From Vairimorpha necatrix (Eukaryota), in NCBI GenBank assembly GCA_036630325.1, contig CP142730.1:1116001-1180000 (forward strand): a stretch of DNA of 64,000 bases, written 5' to 3'. The position numbers and the translations under genes are program-made. Shown piece by piece: positions 47,355 through 57,565 of this stretch (the first letter of the stretch is position 1; each line of letters starts with the position of its first letter). A model generated the notes under the pieces. The model was not told the DNA's origin and made no database searches. It was given only the letters and a program-made list of their open reading frames with translations.

Positions 47355-48350
47355 ATGAGGAGAGTGTTTTCTTTTATGATAGTTGAAATTTACGATATAT
47401 CTAAAGATATCACTATAATGGTAAACCAGCAAACAAGAATTGTTGCTCCTGTATTATTCAATAATGTTAGGATTATAGGAAACTCAGATTCAAAAATTTT
47501 TATTAATGATAAAGAAATAAACAGTGAGCAAGCAACTGTAAACGTAGGAAGCGCAAATATTTTAATAACTCGTGAAAATTTTTATGACTTTCAGTTTACT
47601 AATGAAAAAAATTTAGGAGTTGTAGGACACAGGGGATTGGGCATGGACAATGGCGATGTATTGGAAAACACTATAGAGTCCTTTGAACTTGCTCTCAAGA
47701 AAGTGAAATGGGTAGAAATGGATGTTCAACTCGCGTATAAAAAGACTCCAGTAATTTTCCATGATACGTTAATTTATGACGAAGAGACAAAAGAGCACCA
47801 TACGGAAAAAGGAGAAAAAGTTATAATGACTAATGATTTCCCTCCTACATTGAATCAAGTACTACAAGCACTCAAAGGCAAAGGAGGTATAAATTTAGAA
47901 ATAAAGTATCCTATAAACATGGATCCTTTAATACAATTATCGGGATTCAATGAACATGACATCGAAAGTGATGCCGACGTGGGCTACGATGTGCCATTTT
48001 TTGTAGATTCTATCTTTAAAATAATCTACAAAAACAATTTTACTGATATTGTTTTTTCTTCCTTTTCGCCATACGTCCTTCTTTATATAAAGACTCGTCA
48101 TCCTGATGCTAGAGTTCTACTTCTTACAGATAAATATTATGAAATAATTAATCCTTTTTGCACTGGTATAAAATTATCGGGCCTAGTTTTCAATTATAGG
48201 TCTTTCAAAACTGAGGATATCTCTAAACTATCAGAATGTCTCGATAAATATGTATATGATGTTTTTACTAAAGAAGAATATGAGAATTGTGTTAGCATGA
48301 ACATACGAGGAGTTATAACTGATAACATTGATGAGTTATTAAGTACGTAA
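47355..48350 (+). CDS. Glycerophosphodiester phosphodiesterase
   Basis: Motifs GHRG, ENT..SF, VEMDVQL, IFHD, NLEIK, FSSF, GVITD. Confidence 0.93.
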   Translation: MRRVFSFMIVEIYDISKDITIMVNQQTRIVAPVLFNNVRIIGNSDSKIFINDKEINSEQATVNVGSANILITRENFYDFQFTNEKNLGVVGHRGLGMDNGDVLENTIESFELALKKVKWVEMDVQLAYKKTPVIFHDTLIYDEETKEHHTEKGEKVIMTNDFPPTLNQVLQALKGKGGINLEIKYPINMDPLIQLSGFNEHDIESDADVGYDVPFFVDSIFKIIYKNNFTDIVFSSFSPYVLLYIKTRHPDARVLLLTDKYYEIINPFCTGIKLSGLVFNYRSFKTEDISKLSECLDKYVYDVFTKEEYENCVSMNIRGVITDNIDELLST

Positions 48351-48659
48351 AGTTGATATTAAATGTCTATCATTTTTTACGATAATATATTTAATGTATG
48401 GATTGACTGTTTGTTTAAACAATGTTTTATATATAGTTCCACTAAAGTCTCTAAGCATGTGTTTTTTCATCACTAATCTATTTTTGGTTTAAATTGATAT
48501 TACTCTAATATCAAATATTTTAGTGTCATCCAAATTGATAAACCTACTTCAGTATTCGGAAGTACAATACAAATGCTTTTTTTAAATATGTAAGAAATAT
48601 TTTTTTTAAGTGTCAAATATATCATAACAAGTCAGTAAAAACATTTCCGTTATCCCCCG

Positions 48660-48923
48660 ATGAATATAGAGGAATATATAAAATTACTTAATGAGGAAGA
48701 AAAAAAAGAGATCTTTTTGAGTCTAAGAGAAGCTAATAGAAGTATTAATTATGGCCTAGACACAGAGTTGTCTGTTTATTTTTTAAAAATATATTTGGAA
48801 TATATAAAAACCAAACAGACACTTAAACAACATGTTGATACTTTAAACACCCATACAAAAATATATGAATATTTGCTTTTACTCATCACATTTAGTTTAC
48901 TGTTTCTATTGTATGTATTTTAA
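48660..48923 (+). CDS. Small tail-anchored hypothetical protein
   Basis: CCCCCG-ATG start; C-terminal TM helix. Confidence 0.6.
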   Translation: MNIEEYIKLLNEEEKKEIFLSLREANRSINYGLDTELSVYFLKIYLEYIKTKQTLKQHVDTLNTHTKIYEYLLLLITFSLLFLLYVF

Positions 48924-49733
48924 GCATTTAAAGATATAAAATTATTTCTGTAAATATACAGTAATATATGAAGGCTTCATAAAATAAATATATTATTTTT
49001 GAACTTATATATATTAGAAAAAACACCGTTTTGATTAAATAAATATCTTAGGAACACACATCGATACATATTTGGACTACCATTTAATTTTTTTTAAAAA
49101 AACTTATTAAAGCTATTTTGCAATAAGTATCTACAAAACACATACAGCCGAACAAAAAACATCAAAACATTTCGGAAATCTTTGTATATAAATGCTAATA
49201 TAAATTTTTTTAAAAAATAATATATAATAATAACTTAACCTTTATCGATTGTAATATGGAACAAAAAATGCCAATAATTTATTTTTATATGTTCCTCATC
49301 TTTAAACATTTTTATAACTTAGATTAAAATCTTTTAGTTATCTTTATTGTATAAACTACTCGTAAATCAAGGGAACATGTTCTGATCTGTTTAAACTTGC
49401 GTCGTGCATCTTGTAATGGCTTTGTATATAATATGATTACCACGAAAAGCATGTATGTTTGATATAAATTGGATCATAAGTTTTACAATAAAGCTAAAAT
49501 TTTATCGAGCTTGAGTTGTAAACATTATTAGATCTCAATATTACCAAGGCAAACTCCAATTAACCTCTTTAGAGTATGTAAACAAATTAAAATTCTTTCT
49601 GAGATTTTTGCATATGACCTAAAAATCCTTCACAGATGCAGGACCATTGTATCTGTAGTTATATTTTTATTTTTACATATAGAAAAATTTACACAAATAA
49701 TTTATTGTCGAATAACATAATATCTTGCTTGCT

Positions 49734-49955
49734 AATTACTTTTCACAAGCTATACTCACAATTTCTTCTGACATTTTCTGGAGTTCCTCCTGAAATCCAC
49801 ATATCGGATCCTCGAATGGCCCTTTCTGTTTGGTATAAAGCCCATGTCTTAATGACATAGTTAGGCTTCCTAAAGCCATTTTAAGGACTCATGTTTATAT
49901 ATGCTTTCGTTTCGGGTTTCAATCGGAGCTCTTTGATATGCGAACGGTAGACAGA
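49734..49955. repeat. Diverged ~230-bp repeat, copy A
   Basis: Colinear with 51890-52115. Confidence 0.75.
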
Positions 49956-50260
49956 AAAATTTAAAAATTTTGTTTTAATATAGAGATAAATTGAAAACGG
50001 ACATCAAATTGTTTTAAGTGATAGAAATATGTAGATAAGATTTTCATGCAGCAAAATATTGAAAAAGATATTGATATTGCAGTTCTTTACTATGAGATCT
50101 ATGGGATAACTCATAATTCCTGAAATTTATGTTAGTAAATAAGATAGATGGTATCTCACATGTGTAATTTTCTTTTTGTATTTTTTAAAAAATGATCATA
50201 TCAAGTGAAAGGTTTGTCTTTCGATTTAACTTTTTTAATTTTCTAAATATAATATAAATA

Positions 50261-51099
50261 GGAGGTGGGGTACTTTAGACCCCCCCCCTTTGAAGCGCTT
50301 CAATTTTTTTTTCGAACCCCAAAATTGAAGTGCAAAAAAAAAGAGGAGCAAGAAAGGGACAAAAATTTCTTATCACTTTAAACAAAAAAAATACAAAATA
50401 AATATATATTTATGTACACAATTATATTTTAATACAAGTTTTTACAATAATATAAACCAATAAGCTAATTTTGCCCTTCTGATTTTTTAGAATTGGGGAC
50501 AAAAACGCTCCCCTCTGAGAGTGTTCACTTTATAATTTTGAACCCCCAAAAACGAAGTGCAAAATAAAGGAGAAGCAATCATTAGTACTCAAATTACTTG
50601 CATCTTCAAACAGTAAAAATACCAAATAAATATATATTTGTATACGAAATTTAATTTAAAAAAAGATTATAACCATAAAACTATATAATTCTTTATAACT
50701 TAACATATTTAAATTAAATTTTTTGATTTAACAATATGTGTAGATCGTTGAACATTTATTTAAATTTTCTTTTATAAATAATATTTATAATTTTAATTGT
50801 TGGTTTATTATTAAAGTAGATTTTCTTCAAAAATCTACTTTAATAATAAACCAACAATTAAAAAAAATTGAAAAAATAAGAAGGGCGAAAAAAGACACAA
50901 TACTTCAAATGATTATTATAACTAAATCTAAAATTAATTTTTGTATAAAAGCATATATTTATTTGTTATTTTTAATGTTTAAAGTGATAAGAAATTTTTG
51001 TCCCTTTCTTGCTCCTCTTTTTTTTTGCACTTCAATTTTGGGGTTCGAAAAAAAAATTGAAGCGCTTCAAAGGGGGGGGGTCTAAAGTATCCTTCACCC
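50261..51099. mobile_element. Long-TIR MITE, uninterrupted copy (839 bp)
   Basis: GG..CC ends, about 150-bp TIRs, 9-bp TSD ATATAAATA at 50252-50260 and 51100-51108, an internal TIR-like copy and a central hairpin. Confidence 0.92.
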
Positions 51100-51889
51100 A
51101 TATAAATATTATAAAAAATCATTAACTATATAATTAAAAAATTACAAAAGCAATTTTATGCTTAAAATGGTAAGTTTTTTCAGAAAAGCTATTAATAACA
51201 TATTTTGCTTTCCAAGCCCAACTTCAATGTAATTTGTAAGTAATTTTATTTATCTAATTATTAAATATACATATGTTCCAAATTTATATATATAGAATGT
51301 GTCCATGAACTATGTACTTCGTTTCATATTTATGTAATATTAAATATTTTCTATTATTGCTGATGCTGTAATATTTAAAGAATAATTTGCTCATTATGTT
51401 ATAAAAAATTTTTCTTTCTATAATGATTAGTTATTTATGAGATACAAGACAAATTTTATTTATGAAGTAAATCAAACATTTTTCATTTTTCTTTTAGCAA
51501 TTAATCATTATTTAAAAAACGTAAATACAAATTAATTAACCAGAAACGTTATTGCAAATAATCAAATGAAGACCGATTCTGTTTCATTATTATTTGGCAA
51601 AATAAACACCACTAAGTTATTTTGACTCGCATTTTTTAAACGAAATTCTTTAAGATTTTAAGCTATTTTATGCATACATAATTTTTTAAATATAAAACAA
51701 AGTATTTTAATATCAACCCCGCGTGTTAATTATATATTCTCTTTGTTTGATGACAGTTGTTTTGTATATTGATCATAGCATAAAAAGATTTTTTTTAATA
51801 ATTCAATTATAAATAAATTAAAATATATAAAAACATCTTAAAACATAAATATACCTGATATAATCAATTTGGTAAAATGTCTCACTTAT

Positions 51890-52115
51890 TAATTACCTTT
51901 CACAAGATACACTCACAATCTCTTCTGGTTGGTCCCGGCGTTCATTCTGCAATTCACATATTGTGCCTCGAATACTCCCTGCTGATCAGTGCAAAGCCAA
52001 TGTCTGATTGACATATAAGTCTTTCTAAAGTCATTTTATAAATTTTGTCTGTATATAAGCTTCTGTTATGCGTTATTATCAAAGCTCATTGATATGCGCG
52101 CGGTGAAAGCAGACA
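51890..52115. repeat. Diverged ~230-bp repeat, copy B
   Basis: Shares blocks TTTCACAAG, ACTCACAAT, CACATAT, CCTCGAAT, TGACATA, CTAAAG, TTGATATGCG with copy A. Confidence 0.75.
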
Positions 52116-52361
52116 AGTTTTATCCTAAGTCATAACGTAAGGAATAATTTTCGGTATGTATTTGTAAAGAGAAGCAACAGAACACAAACATATATAATTC
52201 TTTTTCTGTATATTGCATGTGTTCATGTATTAATATATATAATTTATCAAAATTGATCATCATTTTTTAAAAAATAAAAATGTAACTATACTTTTTGTAA
52301 CAACATTTTATTTTTCTAATAATTTATTTTTGCTATGAAAAAATCGTTAAATTTGCCCCAA

Positions 52362-53054
52362 ATGTTTTTAAACAAGAAAAATAATTGCTATTATTTATTA
52401 ATGAGCTTGTATATTTCTGCTACTATTTATACTGATCAAATTTCTGGCGAGGAAATAATGCCATTTAAATATCTCGATGTAAACTCGCCCACTATTAATA
52501 ATATGTACAATCAGTATTGTTCTCATCACATTTATAAAAAAAGGATTAATATATCTCTTTTCAGCAGTGTGTTACAAGCGCTTTACTATATATGTCATAT
52601 GAAAGAATGTCTAATTCAAAAACTATTTGATGATAGGATCCTGTCACTTGATGAAGAGATTCCCAATGAAGATGTCATAAAAAATAGTAACTCCTTTCAA
52701 AAAAACCTAAAGTGTTGTAAAAGAAACGAAAATTTTGTTAAAACGTTATTTGCTAATCATAATTACAATAATCGATACTTGGAACATGGTTCATTTCTAA
52801 CAAGATTTTCGGAATTCAATGGGAGATTGACAATTAATAAATTACAAGGATTCAGACTTAGAATGTTTGTTGAGACAACAAAATTTAATGAAATTGGTAA
52901 ATTGTTACATGATGTAGAGCATGCTAGTGAATTTCTCGTTAAAGATGTAAGAGATAAGTTATTAAACCGAAGATGGATCAAAAATGATAAAACATATTCA
53001 TTTGTTGATATTGTATTTATGGAGTGGTTTTTTTTTGTAAAAGAAAGTTTATAA
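52362..53054 (+). CDS. Hypothetical protein, possibly secreted
   Basis: ORF with CCCCAA-ATG at 52362 and a hydrophobic N-terminal stretch. Confidence 0.6.
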   Translation: MFLNKKNNCYYLLMSLYISATIYTDQISGEEIMPFKYLDVNSPTINNMYNQYCSHHIYKKRINISLFSSVLQALYYICHMKECLIQKLFDDRILSLDEEIPNEDVIKNSNSFQKNLKCCKRNENFVKTLFANHNYNNRYLEHGSFLTRFSEFNGRLTINKLQGFRLRMFVETTKFNEIGKLLHDVEHASEFLVKDVRDKLLNRRWIKNDKTYSFVDIVFMEWFFFVKESL

Positions 53055-53937
53055 ATAAAATTTTATGTATAACATTTTTATCTTTAAGGAGCTTATATGG
53101 TAAAATGTTGTTCTCAAAACATTTGCGTCTAACGTAATTCTATTTGCTTGCATATATTAAATTCAAATCTTAGACATTTTTCCAGAATCAGATAATATTT
53201 CATGTTGATTATTTGTCGAAAAAAGAATGAATTTATTTAAATTTAGTTAATTAATTTTTAAAATTATTTATTACATTTGCAATGGACTTACCTTGTAAAT
53301 TTGCTGATTGAATGATTATATAAAATCTGAAAAATTTCATAGCATCAACTTTTTTAAAACATATATTATAAATGCAAAACGATTTAATAATTTTTAATTT
53401 TTCGTTAGACATAAAGTAATAAATTTTCTGGCAATAAGGTTAAAATGGTATTATTTTACTTCATAAACGTCTTAAAATTTTTTAGTTAAATTCAATTCGG
53501 TATTATGTTTTCACCAAATATTTCTTGCATGCAGTATTTTTATAAATAACAGAGATTGAATGATACTAATATTTGATTTTTCAATTATACAATTACTATT
53601 GAATTAACAATATTGGAAGATTTTAATTTTTATTTAAATTTACTAACAAAATTACTCATTTAGTTCCAATTCAAAGCATAAATGGCAGTGTTACTTTCAA
53701 ACGTTTTGTTGCGTAAGATTCAGGAAATCTCTGTAAATATATAATACAAAAAGTATCCGTTATATTATATTCTTAGATAAGAGTTCATAGGATTCGTATT
53801 TTTATGATCGACATGCTTGATTAATGTCTTTAAATTTCTATCGCATTCATATACTACATTTTTTTCTCTTCACGAAAATGCTTAAAAACCATTTCAGAGA
53901 CCAAATAATTTTAAATCTGGACCCCAGACAAGTGAAG

Positions 53938-54627
53938 TTGTGAGATTTGCTTTATTTTATACTTCCTAAATATAATTTGCCGGCATAGAAGCTCCGCCCA
54001 TCCATTGGATTTTAGTTATTGACAGAAGTTTTTTATTTATACTTCAAATCGCATCCAGAGTGACCTCACAGCAGATATTCAGAAAAATTATGGTTTCATA
54101 TACCCGGGGAAATGCTTTATAATATACTTTTACTTCTCACAATTATGGCATTGCACATACAGCATCTTACATGGGGCATCGCTAACCCGGCATTTTCATT
54201 GAAATGCATTGACCGCCAATGACCTACTAGTGACAGCTTTCGTGCTTTAGAATTTAAAGTCCAGATTTAACAACGGCCCAACATTCTCTTTAACGTCAAG
54301 CCTCTTAGATAGACTAGGATTACACAATAGAGCAACCAGCTATGTACAAACTAGGTCGTTCTGAACAGATACCTTTATACACCATTAAGCTATTACACGA
54401 ATGATAGTGTTTTCGAGCGTAAAGCGCGTATGTATATTAGCTGCAAGTCCCTCTATTCAGAATGCCCAGATGTTTATTTTATTCACTTAATGATTATCGT
54501 AAACATTTACATCATCTATGCTTATAAAATTGTACCATTTACATTAGAAACATTTTAAGGCTTTGGGATTCGAATGCAGACATTGCTTAATGAAAGCATC
54601 GACTTCGAACACTCGACTAAGGGCTCC
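53938..54627 (-). mobile_element. tRNA-derived SINE-like element, copy 2 (most diverged)
   Basis: Shares AAGCTCCGCC..TCCATTGGA, TCAAATCGC.TCCAGAGTGACCTCACAGC, CCCGGCATTTT and CTTAATGATTA.CGT, plus a tRNA-like head at about 54555-54627. The 3' end is unclear. Confidence 0.8.
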
Positions 54628-55471
54628 TTACGATTTACATCCTCGTAGTTCGGGCGTTTTATAATTTTTTTCTTCATTCTTATTATATACGACGTTCAAA
54701 TATTTAGAGACTCCTAATTATTAATAACCAAAAATTAATTAATTGGTTTATTTTTTATTCAATCTGAAACAAAAGTTTGCAGTCTGTCTTATTTATATTT
54801 TTTAAGGAAAACTAAATTCTCCTACGGGAATTTTCTTTTGCGTCTTTCTAATATAAAGAAAAGAAAAATTTAGGATTGACAATGCATTATAAAGTACTAG
54901 TTGCAGTGTAATGTTATTAATATTTCTAAATGTTACTTATTTATGTTATAAAATAGATAAAACACTAGGCCGCCAGAAAAGCATTTCTTTTATTGATCAT
55001 AGTACAAAAAAAAATTACACTAGAGGAGATAGTTAACGATAGCCCCAAATTTGTTAATTTTTCTATTTAAACAATGAAGCTAAAAAAGCATTAGCGAGAT
55101 AAAGATGCTAATTATGAGCATTTAAATATTGAAAAATTAGAATGGGTGCAAGAACACGAAACAAAATTTATTTTCAAAATTCCAAATATACTAATGCTAT
55201 AATATGTATTTCCTTTTATTTTGTTTATTATTAATAATGTTTTGTATATTATGATTAAATCTAAAAAACCACCTTGTGGTATCCACCACTGAGGAAAGTA
55301 TTTAAAATATTTTTATTATTCATTTTATGCTTCCTTTCCATTATTCCGTACCCCTCTCCAGATAAAATATTTAAATAAATGTTGGAGGGAAAACGGGTCG
55401 AATTTGGAGGGAAGATTTTAGAAATATATTTTATGATATTTGGTATATCATAATCTGCCTCTCCTTTTGCT

Positions 55472-57565
55472 TCAAAGTTTACTATCAACCAATTTTTCAT
55501 ATCCCGGTATTATATTAGATACTATATCTGGAGGCTCTTCTATTGTATTATTAACATCATTATTTATAGTTTCTAACCTATTTTTGGTGTTTATATTATC
55601 CAATGTAGCTATCATCCTCTTTCTTGTTTTAAAAGTCTTCAATAGTTTTGATTTACCAAAGTATTTTACTTTATACAGAATTTTCTCGCGATTTTGCTTA
55701 TTTTCACCTTCGCTGTTTTCTATATTGTCTTTCAATACATTGTCCCCGAGGGTTGATTTTTTAGCTCTTACTATTATCTCTTCGAGTTTCTCGTTTTTAA
55801 CTTCCTTGGCTTGTGGTTTTTTAGCGGTATCTGTGCTCGCTTCTTTAATTTCATCTGCGTTAACCCATTCTCTTTATGTAACTCGCTGTTTTTGATGTAG
55901 TGGTCTATTTTTTCGGCAGTTTCAATGCTTTTATTTTCCTCACTTATGGATAAGCAGTTTTGCATTAGCAAATCTTTATTTTGTGTGGCTTCATCTGTCT
56001 TCATGTTGTTATTCTTATTTTTATTACTTTTATTTTTCTTAAAGCAATCACTAGTATTATGAGTTCTTGATCGATGCAAACTACACCATCTATTCCCATC
56101 CTCTCTATGGTTTGGTTCTTTGACCTCGACTCGGTTATTCCTTATTAAGACTACATCATTTCGAATTCTAGCTACTAATTCTTTCTCCAAGCTTACCAAT
56201 AGATAAATAATGTCTTTAACATTCGTAGTATTTAATTTCAGAACATAATCTTTTGTATCTTCAGATAAATTTTTTTTTTTTTTTTTTTTCTTTGCAAGTA
56301 AGAGGTAGGGAGAAACCTTACATAGGGACCAGAGGGATTTGGGTGTGATCCTTTTCCAACTGGTACTGTGAGATTCTTACTCACTAAAACTCCCTCCGTA
56401 TAACTTGCCGGTGCAGCAAGCTCCGCCGTATCCATTGGACTTTGGCTCCAGGAGAACACTTTCCATTTATACCTCAAATCGCGTCCAGAGTGACCTCACA
56501 GCGGATATACTTAACGGGCATGGTTATCTATAACCCGAGGAGAGACATCATCGTACTGACTCAAAGGTCCCTACAATCATCTGTATCGCACACACGGCTC
56601 CTTACACGACCACATCCCCAGCCCGGCATTTTTATTGAACTGCGTTGACCACCAGTCTCCCACTAGTTTCGGCCACCGTGTTACAGAATCATGTAGGATA
56701 GGGTCCACGAGACCTTCTATTGCCCTACTTCGTCTAGTCTCTTAGTTAGCTCTAGGATCCCACTCTAGAGTGCACCAGCCATGGGCTCCAACTAGGCCGT
56801 ACCCATTAGATACTTTTATGCATCATTAAGTCACCAAAGGGCGATACTGCTTTTTGGCCTTGAGGTGCGTTTCTACACTAGATGCTAATCCCCTTGTGGC
56901 TGGACACACACAAGTTTCATTGAATCAACTTAATGATTACCGTGGACATTTTCATCATCTGAGTTGTTCCAACTGCATCATAGAAAGTAGAAACAATTTG
57001 GTGCCCCTGGGACTCGAACCCAGCCCATTGGTCAATGAGAACATCCCTTCGACCACTCGGCCAAGGGCACCTTATCTTCAGATAAAGCATTTAGACAGAT
57101 TTCATTAAATCTTCTCTCATATTCCTTCTTAGTATATTTTTCTAAATAAGATGCCACTTCAAGTTTGGCATAAATATCATTTATCATATCTTCTATCAAA
57201 ACATAATTAGATTGTTTAATTTCTAATAATTTAATTCCTACATTTGAAAAGATTGTATGTGGATAGGCAACAGTTAATATTTCTTCCTTACCCCTCATAT
57301 AAGACTTTCAATTGTTCTTTCTTTTCCATTCTTTACTTTCCACTAGATTTTGTAGCACTAACAGATTCTCTTCATCGCTCCATTCTATTTTCTTACTCAA
57401 TTCTTCAAATTTTCTGAACCATTCTAGCATATTGGTTCCTTCAATACAGTTTATTATTTCTAACTGTTTTATAATAGGCTCTTTTAGGCCCTTGACTTTG
57501 ATCTCAAAGCTGATCGTGTCTTTGGATTCATAAGTCTTTATCCTTTTGTTTAGTATAGGATACAT
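55472..57565 (-). pseudogene. Retrotransposon gag, frameshifted and interrupted by a SINE
   Basis: MLEWFRKFEELSKKIEWSDEE and zinc knuckle WCSLHRSRTHNTSDC. Fragments lie in several frames. Confidence 0.8.
56270..57072 (-). mobile_element. tRNA-derived SINE-like element, copy 3 (full length)
   Basis: tRNA-like head at 57000-57071 (A box TGGCCGAGTGG, B box GGTTCGAGTCC), A20 tail at 56270-56289, TSD TATCTTCAGATAAA at 56256-56269 and 57073-57086. Confidence 0.92.

Noticed and set aside
51945-51959. 5.8S rRNA motif TGTGAATTGCAGAAT on the minus strand
   Set aside because: The similarity does not extend and is not conserved in the other repeat copy.
55261-55500. 79-aa ORF sharing a peptide with 57308..57811
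   Set aside because: The shared peptide is just the translated LTR.
57000-57071. Functional tRNA-Met gene
   Set aside because: The anticodon stem is mismatched, no T-run terminator follows, and it is the head of a repeated element with a TSD and A-tail.
56238-57108. ORFs 56238..56477, 56442..56648 and 56854..57108 (and 26952..27137)
   Set aside because: They lie inside SINE copies and are not conserved as frames between copies.
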